64,000 nt of DNA from NCBI RefSeq assembly GCF_014230055.1, contig NZ_JACHVA010000046.1, forward strand, positions 91,963 to 155,962. The letters run 5' to 3'. This DNA is from Puniceicoccus vermicola. Its GTDB lineage: Bacteria; Verrucomicrobiota; Verrucomicrobiia; Opitutales; Puniceicoccaceae. Under the pieces are notes generated by a model that saw only the letters and a list, made by a program, of their open reading frames with translations, was not told the DNA's origin and made no database searches. Positions 1-10,331 of the stretch are shown here, piece after piece (positions within the stretch are counted from its first letter, which is position 1; the number at the start of each line of letters is the position of its first letter). Made by a program: the position numbers and the translations under genes.

Positions 1-1031
1 GTCGCCCCGTCTGCCAGTATGAGGTTTTCGGAGGTGAGAGCATTGGCCGCAACGAGGGTGCCGGTCGAAGAGACGCTGAGGTTCCCTTCGCTGGCGAGTG
101 TCCCGCTGATTACCAACGTTCCAGAGTCAACATAGGTTCCCCCGGTATGGGATAGGTCTCCGGAGAGGATCTGGGTTCCGGCCCCGTCATGGCGCAGGGT
201 TAAGGTGCCTCCGGTTCCATCGGTCAGTGAGGTTGCCGCCTGATAGGTTTGACCACTCTCTGTTGCGATTCGGAGGGTGGCTTCATTGGCGCTTTGGGAA
301 GTATTCAGCGATCCTGCAATCGTACTGTTCGTGCTAGTATCGGATATGCCGGTGCTTGTCGCCGTTCTTGAATAGCCAGAGGCACTGGCATCATTGGTAA
401 TCAAGTTGATCTTTTTCTCATTGTCTCCCGGGTTGAATGTCAGTTTCCCGAGGGTGTAGTCGTTCGAGATATTCAGATTGATGCCGATAGAGTTTGATCC
501 TCCGCCGCCTCCGAGGATCGTTTGATTGATTGAAAGTTGGTTGAGTACTCGTGTTCCGTTTGACCGCCCGAAATTGACGGTTCCTCCGTTCGTGGAGAGG
601 TCGAGTGTTCCAATGGAAACATTCAACCAGTGATTGGAGCCTGCCTGATTTTGGAAGCTGAGATTGGTGCTGTTGTTCGCTTTGCTAAGGGTGCCGTTAA
701 TTGTCAGCGAGTGGGTGGTATTCTCCGTTGGGGAAACGAAGGTTAAGGTTCGCCCTCCCGAAGTTGCGTCTACTTGGAGATCGTTAACCGCAAAGTTGCC
801 ATCAATGTACACGCTGGTGCTGGAACTGAGATCGAAAGTAGCAGAGTCTCCGGAATTCGGAACTGCTGTCGGGGTCCAGAGGCTGGCATCGCTCCAGTCT
901 GAGGAGGTGCCGTCCGCGGAACGGGTGAAATCTTCTGCACAAACTAGCCCCGCAGTGAGAGAGAGCAGGGATAGTGTCCATGCTGTGGGAATGAGGGAGC
1001 TTCGAATTGCGGAATTGGGGATGTATTTCAT
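1..1031 (-). CDS. Secreted autotransporter-associated beta-strand repeat (PATR-type) protein, N-terminal part; C-terminus runs off the window
   Basis: Reverse-complement translation from ATG at 1031-1029 gives MKYIPNSAIRSSLIPTAWTLSLLSLTAGLVCAEDF..., a signal peptide followed by repeated G-T-L-T/L-x-G-x-G motifs (GTLTLRHDGAGTQILSGDLSHTGGTYVDSGTLVISGTL). The frame is open to position 1. It is missing from the ORF track, presumably because no stop codon lies inside the window. Confidence 0.55.
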   Translation of the reverse strand, partial: MKYIPNSAIRSSLIPTAWTLSLLSLTAGLVCAEDFTRSADGTSSDWSDASLWTPTAVPNSGDSATFDLSSSTSVYIDGNFAVNDLQVDATSGGRTLTFVSPTENTTHSLTINGTLSKANNSTNLSFQNQAGSNHWLNVSIGTLDLSTNGGTVNFGRSNGTRVLNQLSINQTILGGGGGSNSIGINLNISNDYTLGKLTFNPGDNEKKINLITNDASASGYSRTATSTGISDTSTNSTIAGSLNTSQSANEATLRIATESGQTYQAATSLTDGTGGTLTLRHDGAGTQILSGDLSHTGGTYVDSGTLVISGTLASEGNLSVSSTGTLVAANALTSENLILADGA

Positions 1032-1061
1032 TTTGGTTTGAGCGTATGGGTTAGATGTTGA

Positions 1062-1766
1062 TCAAAGCGGATCGGAAAGAGGTGCTTGCCGGACACTTCC
1101 GTCAAAGAACACTTGGTTGCGGTAGTCTCCGTGGACGGGTGTTTCGGCTTCGCTTGTCCATTTGCCAGCGCCCGAACTTTCTTTGTCGATGTCGCTGAGC
1201 ATGTACGTGTTGGTCGGGTCGGGAATGGCGTGTAGATTCAGGGAACTGGTTCGGCTTCCACTTGCATTTCCAAACGGTCGGGAATTGGGGTTTCCGGGTA
1301 ATACGTTGTGAGGATTGGCGACGTAGATGGCGGCGTAGGGATCGTTTGCCAGTTCGGGGTATTGGCGAGCAACGCCCGGGCAGAGGAACTCTTTGCAGAG
1401 GACTGCCGATCCATCATCGGGTAGCGTGTAGCCGAGGTAGGGGGCCAGATGGGTAGCCAAGCGGTTCCAGCTGTTGATGCTGACATAGGCTGGCTGGGAT
1501 GCGCTGAGTCCGGCCTGTCCGGAATTTATTCGCTTCCCCGGGAGTTGGCCGTCGTTCTCGTTGGCAAAGGATAGGACGGCTAATCCGATTTGCCTTAGGT
1601 TGGACTGGCACTGGGTTGAGTTCGCTCGTTTGCGGACGTTGTCAATGGTCGCGAGAGTGATCCCAAAAAGAATCGCGATCACAGCGATGCCTGTGAGCAA
1701 CTCGATGATCGAGAAGCCAGCTGTGGACGGTCGAGTCTGGGAGCGGTTGGTAGGGAGGGGTGACAT
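1062..1766 (-). CDS. Prepilin-type N-terminal cleavage/methylation domain protein with H-X9-DG (DUF1559-like) domain
   Basis: N-terminal GFSIIELLTGIAVIAILFGI pseudopilin signal followed by a C-terminal HGDYRNQVFFDGSV (H-X9-DG) motif. This architecture is typical of Planctomycetes and Verrucomicrobia. Confidence 0.85.
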   Translation of the reverse strand: MSPLPTNRSQTRPSTAGFSIIELLTGIAVIAILFGITLATIDNVRKRANSTQCQSNLRQIGLAVLSFANENDGQLPGKRINSGQAGLSASQPAYVSINSWNRLATHLAPYLGYTLPDDGSAVLCKEFLCPGVARQYPELANDPYAAIYVANPHNVLPGNPNSRPFGNASGSRTSSLNLHAIPDPTNTYMLSDIDKESSGAGKWTSEAETPVHGDYRNQVFFDGSVRQAPLSDPL

Positions 1767-1913
1767 AGCAGAGCTTTGTTACATACCGATATAGTAACGG
1801 TTCAAAATCCTGTCAAGCGTTATGCTTGGATCGAGCGACGCGGAGGCGGTATCCCTCGCTGATCCTTTGCGGATCTCGGGGGGTGGATTCGGCCTTTGGG
1901 GGCAGCCGAAGGG

Positions 1914-2885
1914 TTAGGGCCTGGGCGGCTGGCAGGAATTCCGGACAATCAGTCGGCCCGGGATGGAGATCCGCAGTCCTTTTCTTTGAATATCTTGCGG
2001 TCGGAAGAGGAGCTGGTTGGCGGCGACTTTTCCGAGCATGGCCCAGTTGGGTTCGTAGCTGGTCATCCCCAGGCTTTCTCCTTCGGAGGTGCCGTCGAAT
2101 CCAACAAGGCTCAGGTCCTCGGGGATGGAGCAGCCGGTCTCCGAGAGTTGCTTGTGCACAGCGGCGGCAATGCCGTCCGTAGCACACACGATGGCGGAGA
2201 ATTGAGTCCAATCCGTAAGAACGGTTTGAAACTGGTAGTTGGGATGAAAACGAAGCGTTGGTTTGAGCTGATGGGAAAGCATCGCGAGGGAGTATCCGTC
2301 GGCTCTCTCTCGGTAGAGTTCGGTCAGAGGGCCTTCGTCCAGCCCGAGGAAGAGGATATTGCGATGGCCTAGCTCGATCAGGTGATTGGTGGCGATTCGC
2401 ATCCCTTCCAAATTGTTGGCGACAATGCGCGGCAGGTTTTCCGATTGAATATAGCTGCTGACTGCGAGGGTGGGGATGTCTTTGAGGTTTTCGACAATCT
2501 CGGGTGTATAGCGTCCGAAGAGAAAGATTCCACTGACAGCGTGATTCTTTGCGAGCATCGGCAATTGGTTCGGTTCTGGGAACTCGACGAGAGTCTCGGC
2601 CCCATTTCGCTGGCACTCCTGCTGAATCGCCAGGTAAATTCGCCTGGGGGTTTCGGATTGAAATGTCGCTCCTGGGCTGTCGTAGGCGACGAGTCCGATG
2701 CGAATGGTCGATTGCGGATCGCTCTTTTTTGATCGGGATTTTCCGGGCGAATAGCCGAGCTTCGTTGCTGCCTCAATGATCCGTTTCTTGGTTTCCGGAG
2801 CGAGGTCAGGATGGTCGCGGAATGCGCGTGAAACCGTCATGGCCGAAGTCCCCAGTTTTTTTGCGAGTTCGCGTTGGCTAATCAT
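1914..2885 (-). CDS. LacI-family transcriptional regulator
   Basis: N-terminal HTH (MISQRELAKKLGTSAMTVSRAFRD) followed by a periplasmic-binding-fold sugar-binding domain, 323 aa. Confidence 0.9.
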   Translation of the reverse strand: MISQRELAKKLGTSAMTVSRAFRDHPDLAPETKKRIIEAATKLGYSPGKSRSKKSDPQSTIRIGLVAYDSPGATFQSETPRRIYLAIQQECQRNGAETLVEFPEPNQLPMLAKNHAVSGIFLFGRYTPEIVENLKDIPTLAVSSYIQSENLPRIVANNLEGMRIATNHLIELGHRNILFLGLDEGPLTELYRERADGYSLAMLSHQLKPTLRFHPNYQFQTVLTDWTQFSAIVCATDGIAAAVHKQLSETGCSIPEDLSLVGFDGTSEGESLGMTSYEPNWAMLGKVAANQLLFRPQDIQRKGLRISIPGRLIVRNSCQPPRP

Positions 2886-2932
2886 TTGTATGTAACGTTA
2901 CAAATATTCTTTGACGGGTCCAGTCAGAACTT

Positions 2933-4522
2933 ATGATGCTCCTGAAATCGAGAATTGAGATCATAGCCAACGATAAGGTGATTCCAATTTGTCTTCGGTC
3001 TGTTTTAAGGGGATCAGAACGGAATAGGTTTGGGAAAATATTTTTCAAATATGAAAAAAGAGACGAAAATTCTGTTCTTCTAAGGGAAGGGAGGATTGGC
3101 TCGCCGATCATGAAACTTGTCCCTTGCCCATCTTTTGGCCCCGGAGTTGATGCTGCTTTTGGCGACCTGCGAAGGGACATCGAGAAGATCGCTGCCATCT
3201 CCTCTGGTGTGGATGAGGAGTTGGATCGGTGGAGATTGGAGATTTCTCGAAATCCGTCACTGTCTGTAGAGAGCTTTGCACTGGAGATTTCACCGGAGGA
3301 GAGGCAAATCGAAATTGAAGCTTCAGATGATCTCGGGGCGATTTACGGGATCTATGAATTCTCACATCAATTTCTGGGAATCGACCCATTGTGGTTCTGG
3401 AAGGAAATGGAACCCCTTCCTTTGGTAAGTTTCTCTCCGGAATCGCAGCGAATTGAATCCGGGTTACCTGAGTTCCGCTTTCGAGGTCTGTTCGTGAACG
3501 ACGAAGATCTTCTCGGTCGGTGGCGTCCGTCCTCAGGAGAGCGGTTTCAGGACTGGCCCAAGCGTGAGAGTGTTCTCTCTCAACCTTCTACATTGTTGAA
3601 GGACAACTATGAGGCTCGGCTTTTGGGATATTACACTCCGGTTGTCGAGAGCGAGGCCATGGAGATGATTTTTGAGGCGATATTGCGCTTGAGGGGCAAC
3701 TTGGTGATTCCAGCTTCATTTATTGACGTCTTTAATGGAGCGGAAGCCGCAGTGATCCGGGATGCTGTTCAACGGGGGTTGTATGTATCACAGCATCATG
3801 TTGAGCCCTTAGGGGTATCCCATTTTGGATACGAGACTTGGTGGAGCCGTCAGGGCCAAAACCCGCAGTTTAGCTATTTGAGTGATCCAGACAGTATGAG
3901 AGCGGCTTGGAGAGCCTATGCGGAAGAATGGTATCGCTTAGCGGGTAATCAGGTTATCTGGCAGTTGGGTTTACGAGGTCGTGGAGATCGTCCTCTTTGG
4001 GATCACGATCCCGCAGCCGCAGCCCGAGCCGCTGAGCTCTTTCGAAAAGCGTTCGATGATCAGATGGAAATCATCCGAAAGGTGGACTCGAGAGAGACGC
4101 CGCCCGTAACAGTGACTCTATGGCTCGAAGTAAGTCGTTTGATTCAAGACGGGGACCTTCGTTTGCCCAGCAACGTCATTCGGGTGTTTGCAGATGACGA
4201 CAAGACTTTGGAGATGAAGGGAGATTTTCATCGAACGGACCGGGGTGGCGACCTGCCGTTCGGTTGTTACGTTCATCTTGCGGTTTGGGGAGCAGGTCCA
4301 CATTTGGTTCAGGGGGTCTCTCCGGATCGGATCGTGCGGATTGCCAACGAAATCGTAGAGAAGGGGGATACTGCTTACGCCATCGTGAATGCGGCCAACC
4401 TAAGGGAACATGTGGTCGGGCTAGGTTGCTGGTTCGAACAGTTGTGGTGCACCCGCAGAGAGGCTTTCGAAAAACTCATTACAGGACTTTGTCCCCGAAG
4501 GAGCTGCTCGCTACTACCGTGA
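2933..4522 (+). CDS. Glycoside hydrolase, GH115-like (alpha-glucuronidase-type) N-terminal and catalytic part; the true start is probably internal (MKLVPCPSFG...)
   Basis: The motif FRGLFVNDEDLLGRW resembles the GH115 'RGIFLNDED' barrel start. It lies next to a LacI regulator. The 529-aa product is shorter than typical GH115 enzymes. Confidence 0.4.
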   Translation: MMLLKSRIEIIANDKVIPICLRSVLRGSERNRFGKIFFKYEKRDENSVLLREGRIGSPIMKLVPCPSFGPGVDAAFGDLRRDIEKIAAISSGVDEELDRWRLEISRNPSLSVESFALEISPEERQIEIEASDDLGAIYGIYEFSHQFLGIDPLWFWKEMEPLPLVSFSPESQRIESGLPEFRFRGLFVNDEDLLGRWRPSSGERFQDWPKRESVLSQPSTLLKDNYEARLLGYYTPVVESEAMEMIFEAILRLRGNLVIPASFIDVFNGAEAAVIRDAVQRGLYVSQHHVEPLGVSHFGYETWWSRQGQNPQFSYLSDPDSMRAAWRAYAEEWYRLAGNQVIWQLGLRGRGDRPLWDHDPAAAARAAELFRKAFDDQMEIIRKVDSRETPPVTVTLWLEVSRLIQDGDLRLPSNVIRVFADDDKTLEMKGDFHRTDRGGDLPFGCYVHLAVWGAGPHLVQGVSPDRIVRIANEIVEKGDTAYAIVNAANLREHVVGLGCWFEQLWCTRREAFEKLITGLCPRRSCSLLP

Positions 4523-4532
4523 GTTTTTTGAA

Positions 4533-5012
4533 GTGATTCCGGAATTCAAACCAGGATGGCGCCTTTACGACGGGAGGGCATCGGGATGGATTCTTCAATT
4601 GATCCGCATGCATTCGTCTGGCGAGCCATTGAGTGCGGATTTGCAGAAAGAAGTAGTGGGAGATTGGCGGGATGCAATTGGCCGTATTTTGGAGGAAAGC
4701 ATCGCCCGACAAAATCAGCTCCTGGATTCTATGGAGGACGAGAAATTGACGTGGAATTCCCGCGACCGTCGTTTTCTTGAATTCAACCTGATTACCCAAT
4801 TGCGAATCTTGCGGGGTATGTGTAAATGTATTCGTGAGTTGTCGCGGGAGACCCCGGATTTTCCCTTGGCGCGGGGCGCTTTGGGGGAAGCCTTGAAGGC
4901 AATGTCCGAATCAGAACGAGGACGCTGGGTGAACTGGTATCGAGGGGACCTAAAGGTAGGAGTGAAAGCCCTTCTGAAGCATCTGGAAGATTTGGAGTTT
5001 CAGAGAGCTTAG
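4533..5012 (+). CDS. Hypothetical 159-aa protein, possibly the 3' part of the upstream GH115-like gene after a +1 frame change
   Basis: GTG-initiated ORF. Its frame is open from 4425 and overlaps the last ~100 nt of ORF 2933..4522. The combined length (~690 aa) would fit a GH115 enzyme. Confidence 0.3.
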   Translation: MIPEFKPGWRLYDGRASGWILQLIRMHSSGEPLSADLQKEVVGDWRDAIGRILEESIARQNQLLDSMEDEKLTWNSRDRRFLEFNLITQLRILRGMCKCIRELSRETPDFPLARGALGEALKAMSESERGRWVNWYRGDLKVGVKALLKHLEDLEFQRA

Positions 5013-5075
5013 TAACAGGAAGCAAACTGTCCTGGTGGCGATGATTGGGAAACGCTATTTCCGGACGCCATTGAT

Positions 5076-5429
5076 CTACTGTTGCCCCACTGGTTGAACC
5101 AGAACAAACGGTCGAACGATCATCGCCTTGAAGGCGGTGCCGGTCTTCTCCCAGTGTTCAGCATGGAGGTCGCAGGGCTGGACGAGGTCGCCCGATTTTA
5201 GCCAGGCTTTGACTTGGGCCTGATCGTCTTGGGTAAAGGCGAGGCCGGCGGTCTTCAGGTCGAGGGAGGGATCGACGTAGACCAGAGAGCCTTTCTCGTA
5301 GTGAGGTTTCAAGTAGGACCAGTCGACTTCGCCCGAGTATTTCTCGAGCTTCTCCTCGTCGGTGGAGTGGTCCTCGGCCGGGGCAAATTCATCCAAGCTT
5401 CGGCGGGCGGGGAAGTCGTCGTTAAACAT
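5076..5429 (-). CDS. Small conserved cytoplasmic protein, DUF2288-like
   Basis: 117 aa. GEVDWSYLKPHYEKGSLVYVDPSLDL and KAWLKSGDLV resemble the DUF2288 family. No signal peptide. Confidence 0.45.
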   Translation of the reverse strand: MFNDDFPARRSLDEFAPAEDHSTDEEKLEKYSGEVDWSYLKPHYEKGSLVYVDPSLDLKTAGLAFTQDDQAQVKAWLKSGDLVQPCDLHAEHWEKTGTAFKAMIVRPFVLVQPVGQQ

Positions 5430-5525
5430 GGTTGTGTTTTGTCGGAAAGAGGGTGTGAGGTTAAGAGGTTTTGACGTTGGGAGGTTTGGACTCGTTTGTC
5501 CTCTTGATTTACCGGGGCGCTCCCC

Positions 5526-6167
5526 TCACTGCATGGAAGCGATGAAGTCGTTGGCTTCGGCGATGGAGGCCTCCATTTCGGCGATTAGGTCGGCGACCCG
5601 GCCTTGGATCGCGGTCACCTCTTGGTCGAGCGAGGCGATGGCCCGGGCATTGAGGTTGTGTTTGAGATAGAGGACTTGGTCCCGGAACAGGTCGAGAACC
5701 GGGTACATGGATTCTTCCGCCGCGCGCATTTTGGCGATCATTTCCTCATAGCTGCGTTCGGTGGCCTTGAGGGTCTTCTTGCTTTCGCGACGGAGTTCGG
5801 TGCTGCTGTATTCGGAGAGTTCATCGTCCCATTCATCGAAAAGGTCATTGGCGACCTGTTCAATGGAAGCGATTCGTTCGGAGACCTCCTCCGCACTCGC
5901 TTCACTTTCCTGGAAGGCGTCATTGAGGCGATTATAGACCTTCTCGAGATTGCCACCGTCGTAGCCGGTGACGGAGGTGAAGGCTTCGAGGGCGTCGGAA
6001 AAGGTTTCCTTGCTCTCCTCTTGGGCATCGCGGGCGTCTTCGACCCGGTCGACCATGATGTCGCGTTTCTCAATGCCGAACTTCTCCATCGTAGAATAGT
6101 AGGTCGAACGGCAGCCCACTAGAGTGAGGAGAAGAAGCCCGAAAGAAAGGGAGTTTTTGAAATTCAT
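5526..6167 (-). CDS. Lipoprotein, DUF2959-like
   Basis: Signal peptide with lipobox (LLLLTLVGC) and an STYYSTMEKFGIEKRDIMVDRVEDARDAQ motif. The remainder is predicted coiled-coil and acidic. Confidence 0.55.
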   Translation of the reverse strand: MNFKNSLSFGLLLLTLVGCRSTYYSTMEKFGIEKRDIMVDRVEDARDAQEESKETFSDALEAFTSVTGYDGGNLEKVYNRLNDAFQESEASAEEVSERIASIEQVANDLFDEWDDELSEYSSTELRRESKKTLKATERSYEEMIAKMRAAEESMYPVLDLFRDQVLYLKHNLNARAIASLDQEVTAIQGRVADLIAEMEASIAEANDFIASMQ

Positions 6168-6361
6168 GGAGGCAGTATAGAAGGATTTTGCCCGCCGAAC
6201 ATGTTTTTCTGGAGAAGGGGGAGGCGCTTTGAGATCGCGAGGCGAAACAACGAATTCCCCTGACGGACCCAGGTTTAGCCGCCAAGAGGAGCAAAAGTGC
6301 GCAGAATGGGAAAACGAATCGATTCACGATCGTTCCTTCCCAGAAGAGTAAGCCTAGGTGG

Positions 6362-6425
6362 GCATGCCCAAAGTAGTGAGAGCTTCCAGCTCTCTCATCG
6401 CGTTGGAGCGGGAAAGTGCAGACTT
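6362..6425. repeat. Short hairpin repeat family F (copy 1), upstream of the ankyrin gene pair
   Basis: catgcccaaagtagtgagagcttccagctctctcatcgcgttggagcgggaaagtgcag. Core hairpin GAGAGCT-TCC-AGCTCTC. Confidence 0.7.
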
Positions 6426-6921
6426 CCGCCTCTATCGTGCATACACTATGTTCTTGTCGAGGGATGAAAAATTGGTCTGCGAAGAGGACCAAAATTTTGC
6501 AAAAAAAGAAGAGCCCGGCAGCTCCTATCTCTGGAATCAACGCGCCAGATAATTCTGGATCGATTATTCCAATAAGCGAATATTAGCGGTTACCAGCTTA
6601 GCTGACTCTTCTTCAGCTCGGAATCCGTAAACGGAAAACCGTAAAACCGAAAAATGAACCAACCTCGGATCGGCTATATTAGAGTTGCTGCCCCTTTTGC
6701 GCACGCTCTTCGGACCGCCCCGCCCCGGGAAGTTTATGGATTGACAGTCAACGGCCTCTCCTCAGGATTTGCCCCGGTTGTTACGGGCAACCCCCTCATC
6801 CGCGGAAAAGGCTGCGCCTACCTGTTAATTCATAGTCATTATTGAATGACGAACCTTCTCGTCGGCTGGCGGATGTCCGGCATCAACAATACCAGGCAGT
6901 TTTCTGCCCAGGAGGTAAGTC

Positions 6922-8823
6922 ATGCAAAATCAATCCTATCGTGATCGCATCAGCGATCTTTCATTCCGCCGCGCGGTGGATTTAGTCGACGCTGGCGACG
7001 TTGGCGAACTGAGCCGGCATCTCGCGAGAAACCCTCAGCTGGCAACCCAGCGGGTCAAGTTCGAGGGGAATTACTTCACCTGCCCGACACTGTTGCATTT
7101 TGTTGCGGAGAATCCCATCCGCAATGGTGGGCTCCCTCCCAATATCGATAAAGTCGCCGAGGTGATCCTCCAATTCGGCGCGGATGTGAACGCCAGTTCG
7201 CATCCGAGCAGATCAGAGACAACGCTGTCGCTGGTTGCGTCCGGGATGGTGTCGCGCGAAAGCGGTGTGCAGCAGGCGTTGCTGGATGTGCTCGCCATGC
7301 ATGGTGCCGACATGAATTTGGGAGTGTACGCGGCCCTGGGGCATGGCGAGCGGGCTGCAGCTCGCTCTATGGTTGAGCTGGGTGCCAGGGTCGATCTTGT
7401 GATTGCGGCTGGTCTAGGCCGACTGAAAGACATCCACCGATGGTTGCCCGAGGCTGAGGAGGCGATACTTCGATACGCTTTGGCGGCTGCGGTCATAAAT
7501 CGCCAAATCGAAGCGGTGCGGCTGCTCCTACCTCGTATTTCCGATATCGAGGCCTTCAATCCAGAGGGCTTTCACGCGCATTCTACGCCTTTGCATCAAG
7601 CGGTGGCCAATGATGATCCCGACATGGTGATCTTGCTGTTGGATCACGGTGCCCGATGGGACTGTCCCGAAGATAAACTGTGGGGAGGGACGCCTTGTGA
7701 TTGGGCGGTTCACCAAAGTAAGGGCCGCGTGATTGATGTCCTCGCTCGGCGTGGATTTGAGGTGAATCTCCAACAAGCGGCTGCGTGGAATGCGCGGCAA
7801 ACCGTTGAATCGATTCTAGAAAGCCAACCGGAATGCGTGGACGATGTGGGCGAGTGGGGAACCGCACTCCAGCAAGCGGCCTACCATGGGCACTACGCCA
7901 TTGCCGAATTGCTGATGAGGAAAGGGGCCGACCCCAATCGGTCGAAAGGCCACGAAAAGCTACAATCAAAAGGGGAACTGCCCTTGGATATCGCCATCGA
8001 GCGCAATCAGGAATACGTTGTGAGCGAGTTGATTCGTTGGGGGGGGATGACGCTTGAGCAGTGTCTGGATGTGGAGAGCGATCTACACTTATTTCAACGG
8101 GCCGTCTGTGCGATCAAGAGTGGTGATGTCGAAGCTCTGCGAAAGCTTTTAGAGAAACATCCGACGCTAGCCAATGCCTATCAGGATGGTTCCGATCGGA
8201 CTCTGTTGCACGTTGCCTGCGATTGGCCGGGGCACTTTCCGAATGTGTCGGAGGGCATCAGGCTGTTGATTGAGAAAGGTGCGAACCCGAATGTAGGCGG
8301 TCGGGATGGATCCGGCGAAACCCCGCTCCATGGCGCCGCCAGCTCGGACGACGTTGGGGCATTGGATGCAATTCTGGACGGCGGGGCAGACATCAATGCG
8401 CGCGAGGCGTGCATCGCGAATGGAACCCCTCTGACCGATGCCTGCGCATTTCGCATTTTTAAGAGCGCCGAGCGACTCTTCGAGCGAGGCGCAGGTTTCG
8501 ACCTCTGGCATGCGTCGGCGATGGGGCGCATCGACTTGATGGGAGAGTTCTTTACGGATGAGGGTGAGTTCATCGTCGATTCGCCTAGATGGAATGATTG
8601 CCCCGAGGGCGACGAACGCTTTGTCTTCATTGCTTTTTGGCTGGCTGCGCAAAGTGGTCGCCCGGAGATGCTGCGGTTCCTGCGTGACAAGATTGTCGAT
8701 GTCAATGAGCTCGGTCCTGGCTATCAAACTGCACTCGACCGGGCTTTGTTTAACGGAAGTCGGGAGTCGATTGACTACTTACTTTCCCAAGGTGCTCTCA
8801 CCGCTCAGGAGGTCCGGGGGTGA
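6922..8823 (+). CDS. Ankyrin-repeat protein (633 aa)
   Basis: Multiple 33-residue ANK motifs (TPLHQAVANDDPDMVILLLDHGA, GETPLHGAASSDDVGALDAILDGGADINA). Its stop overlaps the next start (ATGA at 8820-8823). Confidence 0.85.
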   Translation: MQNQSYRDRISDLSFRRAVDLVDAGDVGELSRHLARNPQLATQRVKFEGNYFTCPTLLHFVAENPIRNGGLPPNIDKVAEVILQFGADVNASSHPSRSETTLSLVASGMVSRESGVQQALLDVLAMHGADMNLGVYAALGHGERAAARSMVELGARVDLVIAAGLGRLKDIHRWLPEAEEAILRYALAAAVINRQIEAVRLLLPRISDIEAFNPEGFHAHSTPLHQAVANDDPDMVILLLDHGARWDCPEDKLWGGTPCDWAVHQSKGRVIDVLARRGFEVNLQQAAAWNARQTVESILESQPECVDDVGEWGTALQQAAYHGHYAIAELLMRKGADPNRSKGHEKLQSKGELPLDIAIERNQEYVVSELIRWGGMTLEQCLDVESDLHLFQRAVCAIKSGDVEALRKLLEKHPTLANAYQDGSDRTLLHVACDWPGHFPNVSEGIRLLIEKGANPNVGGRDGSGETPLHGAASSDDVGALDAILDGGADINAREACIANGTPLTDACAFRIFKSAERLFERGAGFDLWHASAMGRIDLMGEFFTDEGEFIVDSPRWNDCPEGDERFVFIAFWLAAQSGRPEMLRFLRDKIVDVNELGPGYQTALDRALFNGSRESIDYLLSQGALTAQEVRG

Positions 8824-10331
8824 AAGAGTCATTTGTGACACCCTTGCCCTCTCATCCGCATTGGGATCAACAGAAGAAGCAGGCCAAGCAACTTCTCCGA
8901 TCATACTGGCAGGAGGAAGAGAAGGCTACAGCGCGGTTCCGGAGCTTACATCCCGAAGCTCCCGAACCAGCGGCAGCTAGATTGCATGACGCCCAACTAG
9001 TTGTGGCCCGTGGCTACGGGTTTCCTTCCTGGGCTAAGCTCAAGCGCAAGATCGAGTCTCTCACGCAGACACCGGTGGAAAGGTTCGTCGCTGCGGTTCA
9101 ATGCCGGGACATCGCTGCGACACGCCAATTGCTGGAAAGTTACAAGGAAGTTCGTGCGCGGATCAATGATCCGCTCTTCTCTTTTGACTCGATGGCCATT
9201 CATGCGGTTGGCGACAACGTTGAATTTCTGGCCATGCTCCGGGATTTCGGAGCGGACTTGAACTTGAGGACCAAGTGGAAATGCGGAGGTTTCGCTCTCC
9301 TTGATCAAGCGAATCCCGGCATGCTGCCGCAATTGCAGAAACTCGGGATTCGTTTAACCGTCCATGCAGCGGCACGAATGAATTGCTTGGAGGAGCTGCA
9401 TTCGATGCTCCGGGGCGATCCGGGGTTGGCTCGGGAGCGCGGTGGCGATGGTCAGACGCCGTTGCATGTCGCTGCCAGTGTTGAGGTGATTGATCTGCTT
9501 GTGCAGTATGGTGCCGATGTCGAAGCCCGTGACATCGACCATTCCGCCACCCCGGCGCAATACCTGGTCGACAAGCCCAAACTGTGCCGCCACCTACTCA
9601 AGCTCGGTGTAAAGCCGGATCTTTTCATGGCGGTTGTTTTGAACGACATCGTGCTAGCTCGAGAGTGCATTCTGCGAGATCCTGCTTGCGTCGCTCATCG
9701 CATTGGCCTGCCGCCTTGGTGTAATGATGAAGGGGGACATATCTACATCTGGAAGCTCAAACAAACAACGCCTCTCCAGCTCGCTCGTCATCTCGGGCTG
9801 CGGGACATGGAGTCGTATCTGCTGGCGCAGAGTCCGCCCATTGTCTGCTTTCTGGATGCCTTATGGCGGGGCGATGCGGTCTCCGCCAAACGACTGTTGG
9901 CCGCCGAGCGGTCTACAGTCATCGCAGCCGCCAATGATAGCCGAATCCTCGCTGAAGCAGCCTTCGACGGGCGGTTGGACGCTGTGACCTTGATGCTCGA
10001 ACTGGGGCTCGATCCGCAGGCGGCAGGGGTGCACGACTCCACCCCTTTGGACCGGGCGTCTTTCCATGGTTATGCCGATATTGTTGAGGTGATCCTGAAG
10101 TATGATTCTGGAGAATCGTTGAAACGCACCAATGAGTTTGGAGGTGTGCCATTGATGACCTGCATCCATGGTGCTTTGCATGGATGGGACGCGGACAGGC
10201 CCAAGGATTATGTGCGTACGGCAACTTTGCTGCTATCCGCCGGAGCCTCATTTGAACCGAGCTGGCTGCCCACTGGAGATGACGCTCTGGATAAGCTCTT
10301 CCGGTCGAAGTGGTTGGAATCGATCCGGTAG
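8820..10331 (+). CDS. Ankyrin-repeat protein (503 aa)
   Basis: ANK motifs (GQTPLHVAASVEVIDLLVQYGADVEA, DSTPLDRASFHGYADIVEVILKYD). Translationally coupled to the upstream ANK gene. Confidence 0.85.
   Translation: MKESFVTPLPSHPHWDQQKKQAKQLLRSYWQEEEKATARFRSLHPEAPEPAAARLHDAQLVVARGYGFPSWAKLKRKIESLTQTPVERFVAAVQCRDIAATRQLLESYKEVRARINDPLFSFDSMAIHAVGDNVEFLAMLRDFGADLNLRTKWKCGGFALLDQANPGMLPQLQKLGIRLTVHAAARMNCLEELHSMLRGDPGLARERGGDGQTPLHVAASVEVIDLLVQYGADVEARDIDHSATPAQYLVDKPKLCRHLLKLGVKPDLFMAVVLNDIVLARECILRDPACVAHRIGLPPWCNDEGGHIYIWKLKQTTPLQLARHLGLRDMESYLLAQSPPIVCFLDALWRGDAVSAKRLLAAERSTVIAAANDSRILAEAAFDGRLDAVTLMLELGLDPQAAGVHDSTPLDRASFHGYADIVEVILKYDSGESLKRTNEFGGVPLMTCIHGALHGWDADRPKDYVRTATLLLSAGASFEPSWLPTGDDALDKLFRSKWLESIR

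Noticed and set aside
664-1041. 125-aa plus-strand ORF at the window start
   Set aside because: It lies wholly antisense to a much longer open frame encoding a signal peptide plus PATR-type repeats. There is no motif; it is a typical high-GC antisense artefact.
1813-2616. Several 100-270-aa ORFs overlapping the LacI regulator gene on both strands
   Set aside because: Arg/Pro-rich translations typical of out-of-frame GC-rich DNA. The LacI ORF has a clear HTH and sugar-binding domain.
6922-10331. Ankyrin genes as eukaryotic contamination
   Set aside because: Bacterial GC content, ATGA-coupled start/stop, no introns, flanked by bacterial repeats and genes.
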